DNA from: Squalus acanthias
Taxonomy: Eukaryota
Direction: 5' to 3'
NCBI GenBank assembly: GCA_030390025.1
Contig: CM059432.1
Coordinates: forward strand, 94,614,001 to 94,678,000
DNA length: 64,000 nt
A program made the position numbers and the translations under genes. This document shows, one piece after another, positions 49,558 to 63,384 of the stretch (position 1 is the first letter of the stretch; each line of letters opens with the position of its first letter). The notes under the pieces are model-generated. The model saw nothing but the letters and a program-made list of their open reading frames with translations, had not been told where the DNA came from and did not search any database.

Positions 49558-51664
49558 CTTCCTCCCACCTTCTGAATTGCTTACTTAAAGGTCATGGGGA
49601 AATAAAGGAAGGAATCATTACAAACTACTCATCAAGCTATTTTAAATAAAAAAGGACTGAACATTTATAATACTTTAATCATACTGCTGATTTATTTTTG
49701 ATGCAGGAATACAATTAGAATGAAGCAAAACAGGCTTATGAAGATACAGATATACTGTAATAACTACTGCTTTGATTTACAACACTCAAATTGACCAGTA
49801 CCATATAAAAGTCTGGGGAAAATTTGCAGAAATTGTTTGAAGGCTGAAATTAAAAGTGATAAATTACACAAGAGATTCCACATATTTTTCTTAGTTTACA
49901 CTTATCTGGGATGTACTCTAATAAAAAGCTGAGAAGTAATCAGAAAAATCAGCTGATCACAGTTGGGCCAGATTGTTGTATATCTGACTCAAAATTGATC
50001 ACAGATCATAAACATTTGATTTTGGGATAAATCACAATTGTGAAACATTAAAAGTTTCATAGTTGCTGAAAAAAAACGCAGAACATGCCAAGGCTGGGAA
50101 TCTTGTATGCTTATTTTTCCTATCTAATGATTCAACTTTAATCAAATGAAGTGTGACAATAAATTAACATTTCTATAAACTCCAATCTACCTCACTCACA
50201 GAGATAAGTTTACCAAAAGATAAGATTAGTTGAAGCTTACATTCTGTGTAAACACTGCCTTGTTTAAAGAGAGAATAATTAATAGGGCAACAGCTACAAA
50301 AATGAAAGAGGGTTCAGTGTTAGTAAGTATTGAGAAAATATTGCTAAATTCTACCCTTGAATGGAAATTATTCATTGTATACTAAACAGAACAGGGTCCA
50401 GCACAAGAGATTAGGATTTGAGTTTTTCTTCAAATTGGATTTCCATTGCAGCTAAACTTTGGCTTCAGGGCTGTAATATGAATGAAGTGGCACTACTGTC
50501 ACCAGTGGCAAAAGTGACACCTCAAAAGAGTGTTGTCATCCCCCCATCACTGGTGCAGCAATATAAACACGCCATCACCAGTTGTAATGTTTTCCAATCA
50601 CAGCTAGAGTCCTTATTAGCTAGCTCAAACAGACCAGCAATGCAGTCACTACATTGCTAGTCTACACTGACATTCTCCAATCACCGGGCAAGGTCTAAAG
50701 GCAGAAAATAAAATTTGTTATTCTGACTTTTTCTTGAATAACATAAATACATAGAATTTTACAGCACAGAAACAGGCCATTCGGCCCAACAGGTCTATGC
50801 CAGTGTTTATGCTCTACATGACGCTCCTCCCAGCTTACTTCATCTCACCCTATCAACATATCCCTCTATTCTTTTCTCCATCTAACTTCCCCTGTAGTAA
50901 CTGTACTGTAGTTATCATGGAAATGTAATTTACATCCTATGTAGAGCCCTATCTTTAACCATTTCAACATAGCAGATAAGTTGGAAGTCATGTGGGGCAA
51001 GGGATTTCCTTGCAGCATATCAAATAGCAATGGGTGCCAATGGGAGTGGGCTCAAACAGAACAATTATGTAGATTTTTATTTTGTTGCTACTGAATGGAA
51101 GAACACAAGGTCACATCTCCATTCCCCACAAAGTAAGGTTACAGCACATCTACATTCAGCTTGACAGCAACTCCAGCTCCAAAATCGGCAGCAAACTATG
51201 AATATAAACAAAAATAAAAGTGCATATTCTGCCAAAAGCAGTGCACATCAGCAAAAAGAAGCTTTTGTTCTATGCCTGCAATGACAGTGCTGTCACTGAC
51301 AGCAGCATAAATGCAAAGCAACTTGCTATTCAAGGCAGTTGTATTTTAGGCAATCAGGGAGCTGAGATGCAGAACTATTAGAGTCACCTTTCCACAGGCC
51401 AGCAAAGTGATTTCACAAAGTGGCTAATTTTGCATGGGCCTTCCACAGCTGTTAGGGAAGGTACCAGCCATTGCCAACTAGTTGCAGCTTGTGATTTTAA
51501 CACAACTGTTTTGGATGCAGCTACTGTAGGCACAACCCAACAATATAAAACAAGGCGGTTTCTACAGCTGTGGAAATGGCAGCCAGTATTGGAGAACTGC
51601 TTGAGGAAGCCGTTCTCCAATATAAATCCAGCAATGGTTGATTATTGAGGGAGGTTCCAAGTGT

Positions 51665-51787
51665 TGCTCAAATGTTTCCTACATTACAACACTGACTACA
51701 CTTCAAAAGTACTTCATTGGCTGTAAAGAGCTTTGGGACGTTCTGAGGTCATGAAAGGCGCTATATAAATGCAATTCTTTCTTTTTT
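51665..51787 (+). mobile_element. DeuSINE 3' tail
   Basis: GTTTCCTACATTACAAC...GAAAGGCGCTATATAAATGCAA. Confidence 0.7.
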
Positions 51788-52020
51788 TATAGGGAGGGAC
51801 GGACAAAAATATCTGAATACAAGTTATTCTGGGTTGCTTCTGTAAATCTCCTTGTAACCACTTACACATGTATGTAAAATAGATGATATGCCTGCCTTCT
51901 TCAGCAGGAACTGGTGTGTGGAGACCTAAAAAATGGGAATGGAAAATAATATAAAAATATCTTGCAAACAAAACATAAATCCACTTTGAGCTCAATCAAT
52001 CGAAACTTCAAAGCTTGTTT

Positions 52021-54260
52021 ACATAGAATCATAGAATGGTTACAGCACAGAAGGAGGCCATTCAGCCCGTCGAGCCCGAGCCAGCTCTCTGCAAGAGCAC
52101 TTCAGCTAGTCGCAGTCCCTCGCCCTTTCCCCGTAGCTCTGCAATTTCTTTTCCTTCAGGTGCTTATCCAACTCCCTTTTGAAAGCCGTGATTGAGTCTG
52201 CCTCAACCACCGTTTCAAGCAGTGCATTCCAGTATATAACCACTCGCTGAGTAAAAAGATTTTCCTCATGTCGCCTTAGGTTCTTCTGCCAATCACCTTA
52301 AATCTATGTCCTCTGGTTCTCGATCGTTCTGCCAATGGGAACAGTTTCTCTCTATCTACTCTGTCTAGACCCCTCATGATTTTGAACACCTCTATCAAAT
52401 CTCCTCTCAACCTTCTCTGCTCTGAGGAGAACAACTCCAGCTTCTCCAGTCTATCCACGCAACTGAAGTCCCTCATCCCTGGAATTATTATCGTAAATCT
52501 TTTCTGCACCCTCTCTAAGGCCTTCACATCCTTCCTAAAGTGTGGTGCCCAGAATTGGACACAATACTCCAGCTGAGGCCGAACCAGTGTTTTATACAGG
52601 TTCATCATAATTTCCACGTTTTTCTACTCTGTACCTCTATTCATGAAGCCCAGGATCCCGTAAGCCTTTTTAACTGCTTTCTCAACCTGCCCTGCCACCT
52701 TCAACGATTTGTGCACATATACCCCCAGGTCTCGCTGTTCATGCATCCCCTTTAGGATTGTACCCTTTAGTTTATATTTCCTCTCTCATTCTTTCTACCA
52801 AAATGTATCACTTCACACTCTTCTGCATTAAATTTCCTCTACCACATGTCTGCCCATTCCACCAGCCTGTCTATGTTCTCTTGAAGTCTATCACTAGCCT
52901 CCGCACTGTTCACTATACTTCCAAGTTTTGTGCCATCTGCAAATTTTTTAATTGTGCCCTGTACACCCAAGTCCAATTCCTTAATATATATCAAGAAAAG
53001 CAGTGGTCCGAGAACCGACCCCTGGGGAACACCACTTCCTGTCCGAAAAACAACCGTTCACCACTACTCTCTGTTTCCTGTCACTTAGCCAATTTCATAT
53101 CCATGCTGCCACTGTCCCTTTTATTCCATGGGCTTCAACTTTGCTGCCAAGCCTCTTATGTGGCACTTTGTCGAACGCCTTTTGGAAATCCATGTACACC
53201 CACGTCAACCGCATTGCCCTCATCAACCCTCTCTGTTACCTCATCAAAAAACTCAATCAAGTTGGTTAAACGCAATTTGCCTTTAACAAATCCATGCTGG
53301 CTTTCCTTAATTAATCCACACTTATCCAAGTGACTGTTAATTTTGTCCCTGATTATTGTTTCTAAAAGCTTCCCCAATACCAAGGTTAAACTGACTGGCC
53401 TGTAGTTGCTGGGTTTATCTTTACACCCTTTTTTGAACAAGGGTGTAACATTTGCAATTCTCCAGTCCTCTGGCACCACCTCTGTTTCTGAGGAGGATTG
53501 GGATATTATGGCCAGTACCTCCGCGATTTCTTCCTTCACTTCCCTCAGCATCCTAGGATGCATCCCATCCGCTCCTAGGGACTTATCTACTTTAAGTACA
53601 GCCAGCCTTTCTAGTACCTCCTCTTTATCAACTTTTATCCCACCCAGTATCTCCTCTACCTCCTCCTTCACTATGTCTATGGCAGCATCTTCTTCCTTGG
53701 TGAAGACAGATGCAAAGTACTCATTTAGCACCTCAGCCATACCCTCTGCCTCCATGCATAGATCTCCTTTTTGGTCCCTAATCGGCCCCACCCCCCTCTT
53801 ACTACCCATTTACTATTTATATGCCTATAGAAGACTTTTGGATTACCTTTTATGTTAGCTGCCATTCTATTCTCATGCCCTCTCTTTGCCCCTCTTATTT
53901 TCTTTTTCACTTCTCCTCTGAACTTTCAATATTTAGCCTGATTCTCAGATGTATTCTCGACCTGACATCTGTCATACGCGCTCTTTCGTCATCCAGGGAG
54001 CTCTGACTTTCATTGCCCTACCTTTCCCCCTAGTGGGAATGTACCTCGCCTGTACCCAAACTATTTCCTCTTTAAAGGCAGCCCATTGTTCCATTACAGT
54101 TTTGCCTGCCAATCTTTGATTCCAATTTACCCGGGCCAGATCCGTTCTCATCCCACTGAAATTGGCCTTCCTCCAATTAAGTATTTTTACTCTAGATTGC
54201 TCCCTGTCCTTTTCCATAGCTAATCTAAACCTTATGATACTGTGATTGCTGTTCCCTAAA
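52021..54260 (-). mobile_element. CR1 LINE, 5'-truncated ORF2 with deletions
   Basis: LNWRKANF, LNEYFASVFT, PEDWRIANVTPLFKKG, NYRPVSLT, SQHGFVKG, LVRPQLEYC; CATAGAATCATAGAA tail. Confidence 0.92.
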
Positions 54261-55254
54261 TGACATATCCATATCCCTCGGTTTCAGTAATCTCATTTAC
54301 AATACTGTAATCATAATGATACAATCTTTCTAGCCCAATATGACATTGCACCATTTTTATGCCACTTCTAGGTGGCAGACTGAGCCCCAGTGAACCTCAA
54401 CAAAAATTACATGGTGATGCCGCCTGATTGACCCTAATCCACAGTGATTTACTAAAAACTTAATGTGCCCTTTTAATACAGAAAGAAGATACATGATCCG
54501 TGGTTTACATGCCTCAATAGCAGCACTGACTGCAGTGCTAATGCAATTTTATGTCGGCAAAACAGCAACAAAATATAGCCTGAAATGCTTTCAAAAGGCA
54601 TATTAATGCTAAACATTGCTTTAAGATAGATTATTACTCTAGTTATTACTTAATACATAAGACAGGGACATTAATAGTGCAATTTCACTCCAATTATTTT
54701 TTCAATAGCCTTTGTATTAAATAAAGCAGATAAAATACATCAGAGGTGTATTTATATTATGGATGAATGAACGGCTTTACATTAAATCTAAGCCAAATGA
54801 AATCCAGGCCAAATCTCAAAGCATTCAAATCATTACTCCCTATCTCCAGCTTAATCGAAAACTGAGAAGTTGACTCAGCTCCAAGTTTCCATTTTCCACT
54901 GAAAATAAAAACCTTTAAAAAACTCAAATATAAGCTTATCCAAGTTCAACTCTAATAAACTTTGATTTGGTTCAACTCTACTCCACGGTCTAAATTCAGA
55001 TTCCACTGTCCAAATAGCTGTCATCCGTAGCATTATGTGTACACTTTTATAACTATGTTCCACTGTCTTTAAATTTTAAATGCTGTGATTATTTGCACGA
55101 ACACCTTTGCGGCTTTCTGCGCATGCAGATGGTAGACCGAAGCCGCTCTTGCGCAGTACCCAATGGTGCCACAGTTGTGGCCTGCACCGTGGGCCATGCT
55201 TTCCTCGGCTCTGTGCGGAGAAGATGACGGTATCCGTTGGTGGCCGGGGGGAAA

Positions 55255-58200
55255 CAGAGGATCGAAGGGGGGAAAAGAGAGGGTCGGCGGGGGGGGGGGG
55301 GGGGCGGGGAGAGAGAGGATCGAAGGGGGGGGAAGAGAGAGGATCGAAGGTGGGAAGAGAGAGAGGATCGGGGGGGGGGAGAGAAAGGATCGAAGGGGGG
55401 GAGAGAGAGGATCGAAGGGGGGAAGAGAGAGAGGATCGAAGGGGGGAAGAGAGAGAGGATCGAAGGGGGGTGAAGAGAGAGGATCGAAGGGGGGGGAAGA
55501 GAGAGGATCGAAGGGGGGGAGAGAGAGAAGATCGAAGGAGGGATAGAGAGGATTGAAGGGGGAGAGAGAGAGGATCGAAGGAGGAGAGAGAGAGGATCGA
55601 AGGGGGAGAGAGAGAGGATCGAAGGAGGGAGAGAGAGAGGATCGAAGGAGGGAGAGAGAGGATCGAATAGGGAGAGAGAGGATCGAAGTAGGGAGAGAGA
55701 GGATCGAAGGAGGGAGAGAGAGGATCGAAGGAGGGAGAGAGAGGATCGAAGGAGGGAGAGAGAGGATCGAAGGGGGAGAGAGAGGATCGAAGGGGGAGAG
55801 AGAGAGGATCCAAGGGAAAGATAGAGGATCGAAGGGGGGGAGAGAGGATCGAAGGGGGAGAGAGGATCGAAGGGGGAGAGAGAGAGGATCGAAGGAGGGA
55901 GAGAGAGAGGATCGAAGGGGGAGAGAGAGAGGATCGAAGGGGGAGAGAGAGAGGATCGAAGGAGGGAGAGAGAGAGGATCGAAGGGGGAGAGAGAGATGA
56001 TCGAAGGGGGAGAGAGAGGATCGAAAGGGAAGAGGGAGGATCGAAGGGGAAGAGGGAGGATCGAAGGGGGAGAGAGAGAGGATCGAAGGGGAAGAGAGAG
56101 GATCGAAGGAGGGAGAGAGAGAGGATTGAAGGGGGAGAGAGAGGATCGAAGGGGAAGAGAGAGGATCGAAGGAGGGAGAGAGAGAGGATCGAAGGGGGAG
56201 AGAGAGAGGATCGAAGGGGGAGAGAGAGAGGATCGAAGGGGGAGAGAGAGAGGATCGAAGGGGGAGAGAGAGAGGATCGAAGGGGGAGAGAGAGGATCGA
56301 AGGGGAAGAGAGAGGATCAAAGGAGGGAGAGAGAGAGGATCGAAGGGGGAGAGAGAGGATCGAAGGGGGAGAGAGAGAGGATCGAAGGGGGAGAGAGAGA
56401 GGATCGAAGGGAGAGAGAGAGGATCGAAGGGAGAGAGAGAGGATCGAAGGAGGGAGAGGATCGAAGGAGGGAGAGGATAGAAGGAGGGAGAGGATAGAAG
56501 GAGGGAGAGGATAGAAGGAGGGAGAGAGAGAGGATCGAAGGAGGGAGAGAGGATCGAAGGGAGAGAGAGAGGATCGAGGGGGGAGAGAGAGGATCGAAGG
56601 GGGGAAGAGAGAGAGGATCGAAGGGAGAGAGAGAGGATTGAAGGAGGGAGAGGATAGAAGGAGGGAGAGAGAGAGGATCGAAGGGAGAGAGAGAGGATCG
56701 AAGGGAGAGAGAGAGGATCGAAGGGAGAGAGAGAGGTTCGAGGGGGGAGAGAGAGGATCGAAGGGTGAGAGGATCGAAGGAGGGAGAGAGAGGATCGAAC
56801 GGGGGGTGAGAGGATCGAAGGAGAGAGAGAGAGGATCGAAGGGGGGGAGAGAGGATCGAAGGAGGGAGAGAGAGAGGATTGAAGGAGAGGAGAGAGGATC
56901 GAAGGGGGAAAGAGAGAGGATCGAAGGGGGAAAGAGAGGATCGAAGGGGGAAAGAGAGGATCGAAGGGGGAAAGAGAGGATCGAAGGGGGAAAGAGAGGA
57001 TCGAAGGGGAAAAGAGAGAGAATCAAAGGAGAGGAGAGAGGATCGAAGGAGGAGGAGAGAGAGAATCGAAGGAGGGGGAGAGAGAGAATCGAAGGAGGAG
57101 GAGAGAGAGAATCGAAGGGAGAGAGAGAGAGGATCGAAAGAGGGGAAGAGAGGATCGAAGGGGGAGAGAGAGAGGATCGAAGGGGGAGGAGAGAGAGAAT
57201 CGAAGGGAGAGAGAGAGAGGATCGAAAGAGGGGAAGAGAGGATCGAAGGGGGAGAGAGAGAGGATCGAAGGGGGAGGAGAGAGAGGATCGAAGGGAGAGA
57301 GAGAGAGGATCGAAGGAGGGGAAGAGAGGATCGAAGGGGGAGAGAGAGGATCGAAGGGGGAAAGAGAGGATCGAAGGGGAAAAGAGAGAGAATCAAAGGA
57401 GAGGAGAGAGGATCGAAGGAGGAGGAGAGAGAGAATCGAAGGAGGGGGAGAGAGAGAATCGAAGGAGGAGGAGAGAGAGAATCGAAGGGAGAGAGAGAGA
57501 GGATCGAAAGAGGGGAAGAGAGGATCGAAGGGGGAGAGAGAGAGGATCGAAGGGGGAGGAGAGAGAGAATCGAAGGGAGAGAGAGAGAGGATCGAAAGAG
57601 GGGAAGAGAGGATCGAAGGGGGAGAGAGAGAGGATCGAAGGGGGAGGAGAGAGAGGATCGAAGGGAGAGAGAGAGAGGATCGAAGGAGGGGAAGAGAGGA
57701 TCGAAGGGGGAGAGAGAGAGGATCGAAGGGGGAGAGAGAGAGGATCGAAAGAGGGGAAGAGAGGATCGAAGGGGGAGAGAGAGAGGATCGAAAGAGGGGA
57801 AGAGAGGATCGAAGGGAGAGAGAGAGAGGATCGAAGGGGGAGAGAGAGAGGATCGAAGGGGGAGAGAGAGGATCGAAGGGGGAGAGAGAGAGGATCGAAG
57901 GGGGAGAGAGAGGATCGAAGGGGAAGAGAGAGGATCGAAGGGGGAGAGAGAGAGGATCGAAGGGAGAGAGAGAGGATCGAAGGGAGAGAGAGAGGATCGA
58001 AGGAGGGAGAGGATAGAAGGAGGGAGAGGATAGAAGGAGGGAGAGGATAGAAGGAGGGAGAGGATAGAAGGAGGGAGAGGATAGAAGGAGGGAGAGAGAG
58101 AGGATCGAAGGGAGAGAGAGAGGATCGAGGGGGGAGAGAGAGGATCGAAGGGGGGAAGAGAGAGAGGATCGAAGGGAGAGAGGATTGAAGGAGGGAGAGG

Positions 58201-61200
58201 ATAGAAGGAGGGAGAGAGAGAGGATCGAAGGGAGAGAGAGAGAGGATCGAAGGGGAAGAGAGAGGATCGAAGGAGGGAGAGAGAGAACCGAAGGGGGAAG
58301 AGAGAGAGGATCGAAGGGGGAGAGAGAGAGGATCGAAGGGGAAGAGAGAGGATCGAAGGAGGGAGAGAGAGAGGATCGAAGGGGGAGAGAGAGAGGATCG
58401 AAGGGGGAGAGAGAGAGGATCAAAGGGGGAGAGAGAGAGGATCGAAGGGGGAGAGAGAGAGGATCGAAGGGGGAGAGAGAGGATCGAAGGGGGAGAGAGA
58501 GGATCGAAGGGGAAGAGAGAGGATCAAAGGAGGGAGAGAGAGAGGATCGAAGGGGGAGAGAGAGGATCGAAGGGGGAGAGAGAGGATCGAAGGGGGAGAG
58601 AGAGAGGATCGAAGGGGAAGAGAGAGGATCAAAGGAGGGAGAGAGAGAGGATCGAAGGGGGAGAGAGAGGATCGAAGGGGGAGAGAGAGAGGATCGAAGG
58701 GGGAGAGAGAGGGGATCGAAGGGGAGGAAGAGAGAGGATCGAAGGAGGGAGAGAGAGAGGATCGAAAGAGGGGAAGAGAGGATCGAAGGGAGAGAGAGAG
58801 AGGATCGAAAGAGGGGAAGAGAGGATCGAAGGGGGAGAGAGAGAGGATCGAAAGAGGGGAAGAGAGGATCGAAGGGGGAGAGAGAGAGGATCGAAGGAGG
58901 AGGAGAGAGGATCGAAGGGGGGAGAGAGGATCGAAGGGGGAGAGAGAGAGGATCGAAAGAGGGGAAGAGAGGATCGAAGGGGGAGAGAGAGAGGATCGAA
59001 AGAGGGGAAGAGAGGATCGAAGGGAGAGAGAGAGAGGATCGAAGGGGGAGAGAGAGAGGATCGAAGGGGGAGAGAGAGGATCGAAGGGGGAGAGAGAGGA
59101 TCGAAGGGGGAGAGAGAGAGGATCGAAAGAGGGGAAGAGAGGATCGAAGGGAGAGAGAGAGATGATCGAAGGGGGAGAGAGAGGATCGAAGGGGGAGAGA
59201 GAGGATCGAAGGGGGAGAGAGAGAGGATCGAAAGAGGGGAGGAGAGGATCGAAGGGAGAGAGAGAGAGGATCGAAGGGGGAGAGAGAGGATCGAAGGGGG
59301 AGAGAGAGGATCGAAGGGGGAGAGAGAGTATCGAAGGGGGAGAGAGAGAGGATCGAAAGAGGGGAAGAGAGGATCGAAGGGAGAGAGAGAGATGATCGAA
59401 GGGGGAGAGAGAGGATCGAAGGGGGAGAGAGAGGATTGAAGGGAGAGAGAGAGGATTGAAGGAGGGAAAGAGGATCGAAGGAGGGATTGAGAGGATCGAA
59501 GGGGGAAGAGAGAGGATCGAAGGGGAAGAGGGAGGATCGAAGGGGAAGAGGGAGGATCGAAGGAGGGAGAGAGAGGATCGAAGGAGGGAGAGAGAGGATC
59601 GAAGGGGAAGAGAGAGGATCGAAGGGGGAGAGAGAGAGGATCGAAGGGGGAGAGAGAGAGGATCGAAGGAGGGAGAGAGAGGATCAAAGGAGGGAGAGAG
59701 AGGATCGAAGGAGGGAGAGAGAGGATCAAAGGAGGGAGAGAGAGGATCAAAGGAGGGAGAGAGAGAACCGAAGGGGGAAGAGAGAGAGGATCGAAGGGGG
59801 AGAGAGAGAGGATCGAAGGGGGAGAGAGAGAGGATCGAAGGGGGAGAGAGAGAGGATCGAAGGGGGAGAGAGAGAGGATCGAAGGCGGAGAGAGAGGATC
59901 GAAGGGGGAGAGAGAGAGGATCGAAGGCGGAGAGAGAGGATCGAAGGGGGAGAGAGAGAGGATCGAAGGGGGAAAGAGAGAATCGAAGGGGAAGAGAGAG
60001 AGAGGATCGAAGGGGGAGAGAGAGGATCGAAGGGGGAGAGAGAGGATCGAAGGGGGAGAGAGAGGATCAAAGGAGGGAGAGAGAGAGGATCGAAGGAGGA
60101 GGAGAGAGAGGATCGAAGGGGGAGAGAGAGGATCGAAGGGGGAGAGAGAGGATCGAAGGGGGAGAGAGAGGATCGAAGGGGGAGAGAGAGGATCGAAGGG
60201 AAAGAGAGAGGATCAAAGGAGGGAGAGAGAGAGGATCGAAGGGGGAGAGAGAGGATCGAAGGGGAAGAGAGAGGATCGAAGGGGGAGAGAGAGAGGATCG
60301 AAGGGAGAGAGAGAGGATCGAAGGGGGAGAGAGAGGATCGAAGGGGGAGAGAGAGGATCGAAGGGGAAGAGAGAGGATCAAAGGAGGGAGAGAGAGAGGA
60401 TCGAAGGGGGAGAGAGAGGATCGAAGGGGAAGAGAGAGGATCGAAGGGGGAGAGAGAGAGGATCGAAGGGGGAGAGAGAGAGGATCGAAGGGAGAGAGAG
60501 AGGATCGAAGGGAGAGAGAGGATCGAAGGGGGAGAGAGAGAGGATCGAAGGGAGAGAGAGAGGATCGAAGGGAGAGAGAGGATCGAAGGGGGAGAGAGAG
60601 AGGATCGAAGGGGGAGAGAGAGAGGATCGAAGGGGGAGAGAGAGGATCGAAGGGAGAGAGAGAGAGGATCGAAGGGGGAGAGAGGATCGAAGGGGAAGAG
60701 GGAGGATCGAAGGGGGAGAGAGAGGATCGAAGGGGGAGAGAGGATCGAAGGGGAAGAGGGAGGATCGAAGGGGGAGAGAGAGAGGATCGAAGGGGAAGAG
60801 AGAGGATCGAAGGGGGAGAGAGAGAGGATCGAAGGGGGAGAGAGAGAGGATCGAAGGGAGAGAGAGAGGATCGAAGGGAGAGAGAGAGGATCGAAGGAGG
60901 GAGAGGATAGAAGGAGGGAGAGGATAGAAGGAGGGAGAGGATAGAAGGAGGGAGAGAGAGAGGATCGAAGGGAGAGAGAGAGGATCGAAGGGGAAGAGAG
61001 AGGATCGAAGGAGGGAGAGAGAGAGGATCGAAGGGGGAGAGAGAGGATCGAAGGGGAAGAGAGAGGATCGAAGGAGGGAGAGAGAGAGGATCGAACGGGG
61101 AGAGAGAGAGGATCGAAGGAGGGAGAGAGAGAACCGAAGGGGGAAGAGAGAGAGGATCGAAGGGGGAGAGAGAGAGGATCGAAGGGGGAGAGAGAGAGGA

Positions 61201-63370
61201 TCGAAGGGGGAGAGAGAGGATCGAAGGGGGAGAGAGAGAGGATCGAACGGGGAGAGAGAGAGGATCGAAGGGGGAGAGAGAGAGGATCGAAGGGGGAGAG
61301 AGAGGATCGAAGGGGGAGAGAGAGGATCGAAGGGGGAGAGAGAGGATCGAAGGGGGAGAGAGAGGATCGAAGGGGGAGAGAGAGGATCAAAGGAGGGGGA
61401 GAGAGAGGATCGAAGGGGGAGAGAGAGGATCGAAGGGGAAGAGAGAGGATCGAAGGGGGAGAGAGAGAGGATCGAAGGGGGAGAGAGAGAGGATCGAAGG
61501 GAGAGAGAGAGGATCGAAGGGAGAGAGAGAGGATCGAAGGAGGGAGAGGATAGAAGGAGGGAGAGGATAGAAGGAGGGAGAGGATAGAAGGAGGGAGAGA
61601 GAGAGGATCGAAGGAGGGAGAGAGGATCGAAGGGAGAGAGAGAGGATCGAGGGGGGAGAGAGAGGATCGAAGGGGGGGAAGAGAGAGAGGATCGAAGGGA
61701 GAGAGAGAGGATTGAAGGAGGGAGAGGATAGAAGGAGGGAGAGAGAGAGGATCGAAGGGAGAGAGAGAGGATCGAAGGGAGAGAGAGAGGTTCGAGGGGG
61801 GAGAGAGAGGATCGAAGGGTGAGAGGATCGAAGGAGGGAGAGAGAGGTTCGAACGGGGGGTGAGAGGATCGAAGGAGAGAGAGGATCGAAGGGGGGGAGA
61901 GAGGATCGAAGGAGGGAGAGAGAGAGGATTGAAGGAGAGGAGAGAGGATCGAAGGGGGAAAGAGAGAGGATCGAAGGAGGGGAAGAGAGGATCGAAGGAG
62001 GGGGAAGAGAGAATCGAAGGAGGAGGAGGAGAGAGGATTGAAGGGGGAGAGAGAGAGAATCGAAAGAGGGGAAGAGAGGATCGAAGGGGGAAAGAGAGGA
62101 TCGAAGGAGGAGGAAAGAGAATCGAAGGAGGAGGAGGAGAGAGGATTGAAGGGGGAGAGAGAGAGAATCGAAAGAGGGGAAGAGAGGATCGAAGGGGGAG
62201 AGAGAGAGGATCGAAGGGGGAGAGAGAGAGAATCGAAAGAGGGGAAGAGAGGATCGAAGGGGGAGAGAGAGAGAATCGAAAGAGGGGAAGAGAGGATCGA
62301 AGGGGGAAAGAGAGAGGATCGAAGGAGGAGGAGAGAGGATCGAAGGAGGAGGAGATAGGATCGAAGGGGGAAAGAGAGGATCGAAGGGGGAAAGAGAGAG
62401 GATCGAAAGAGGGGAAGAGAGGATCGAAGGGAGAGAGAGAGAGGATCGAAGGGGGAGAGAGAGAGGATCGAAGGGGGAGAGAGAGAGGATCGAAGGGGGA
62501 GAGAGAGAGGATCGAAGGGGGAGAGAGAGAGGATCGAAAGAGGAGGAGAGAGGATCGAAGGGGGAGAGAGAGAGGATCGAAGGGGGAGAGAGAGAGGATC
62601 GAAGGGGGAGAGAGAGAGGATCGAAGGGGGAGAGAGAGAGGATCGAAGGGAGAGAGAGAGGATCGAAGGGGGAGAGAGAGAGGATCGAAGGGGGAGAGAG
62701 AGGATCGAAGGGGGAGAGAGAGAGGATCGAAGGAGGGGGAGAGAGAGGATCGAAGGGGGAGAGAGAGAGGATCGAAGGAGGGGGAAAGAGGATCGAAGGG
62801 GGAGAAAGAGAGAATCGAAAGAGGGGAAGAGAGGATCGAAGGGAGAGAGAGAGAGGATCGAAAGAGGGAGAGAGGATCGAAGGGGGAAGAGAGAGAGGAT
62901 CGAAGGGGGAGAGAGAGAGGATTGAAGGAGGGGGAGAGGATCGAAGGGGGAGAGAGGATCAAAGGGGGAGAGAGAGGATCAAAGGGGGAGAGAGAGGATC
63001 AAAGGGGGAGAGAGAGAGGATCGAAGGGGGAGAAAGAGAGGATCGAAGGGGGGAGAGAGAGGATCGAAGTGGGGGAGAGAGAGGATCAAAGGGGGAGAGA
63101 GAGAGAGAGGATCGAAGGGGGAGAAAGAGAGGATCGAAGGGGGGAGAGAGAGGATCGAAGTGGAGGGAGAGAGAGGATCGAAAGAGGGAGAGAGGATCGA
63201 AGGGGGAAGAGAGAGAGGATCGAAGGGGGAGAGAGAGGATCGAAGGGGGAAGAGAGAGAGGATCGAAGGGGGAGAGAGAGGATCAAAGGGGGAGAGAGAG
63301 AGGATCGAAGGGGGGAGAGAGAGGATCGAAGTGGGGGGAGAGAGAGGATCGAAGGGTGAGAGAGAGAGAG
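55255..63370. repeat. Purine-rich minisatellite array, ~17-23 bp variable units around the core GAGGATCGAAGG
   Basis: About 8.1 kb of (GA)n-GGATCGAA-Gn units; the long ORFs here are low-complexity artefacts. Confidence 0.97.
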
Positions 63371-63384
63371 ATGAGCTCGGAGGG

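Noticed and set aside
55255..63370. CRISPR-like repeat-spacer appearance
   Set aside because: Spacers are low-complexity GA/G runs rather than unique sequences; vertebrate context and no cas genes.
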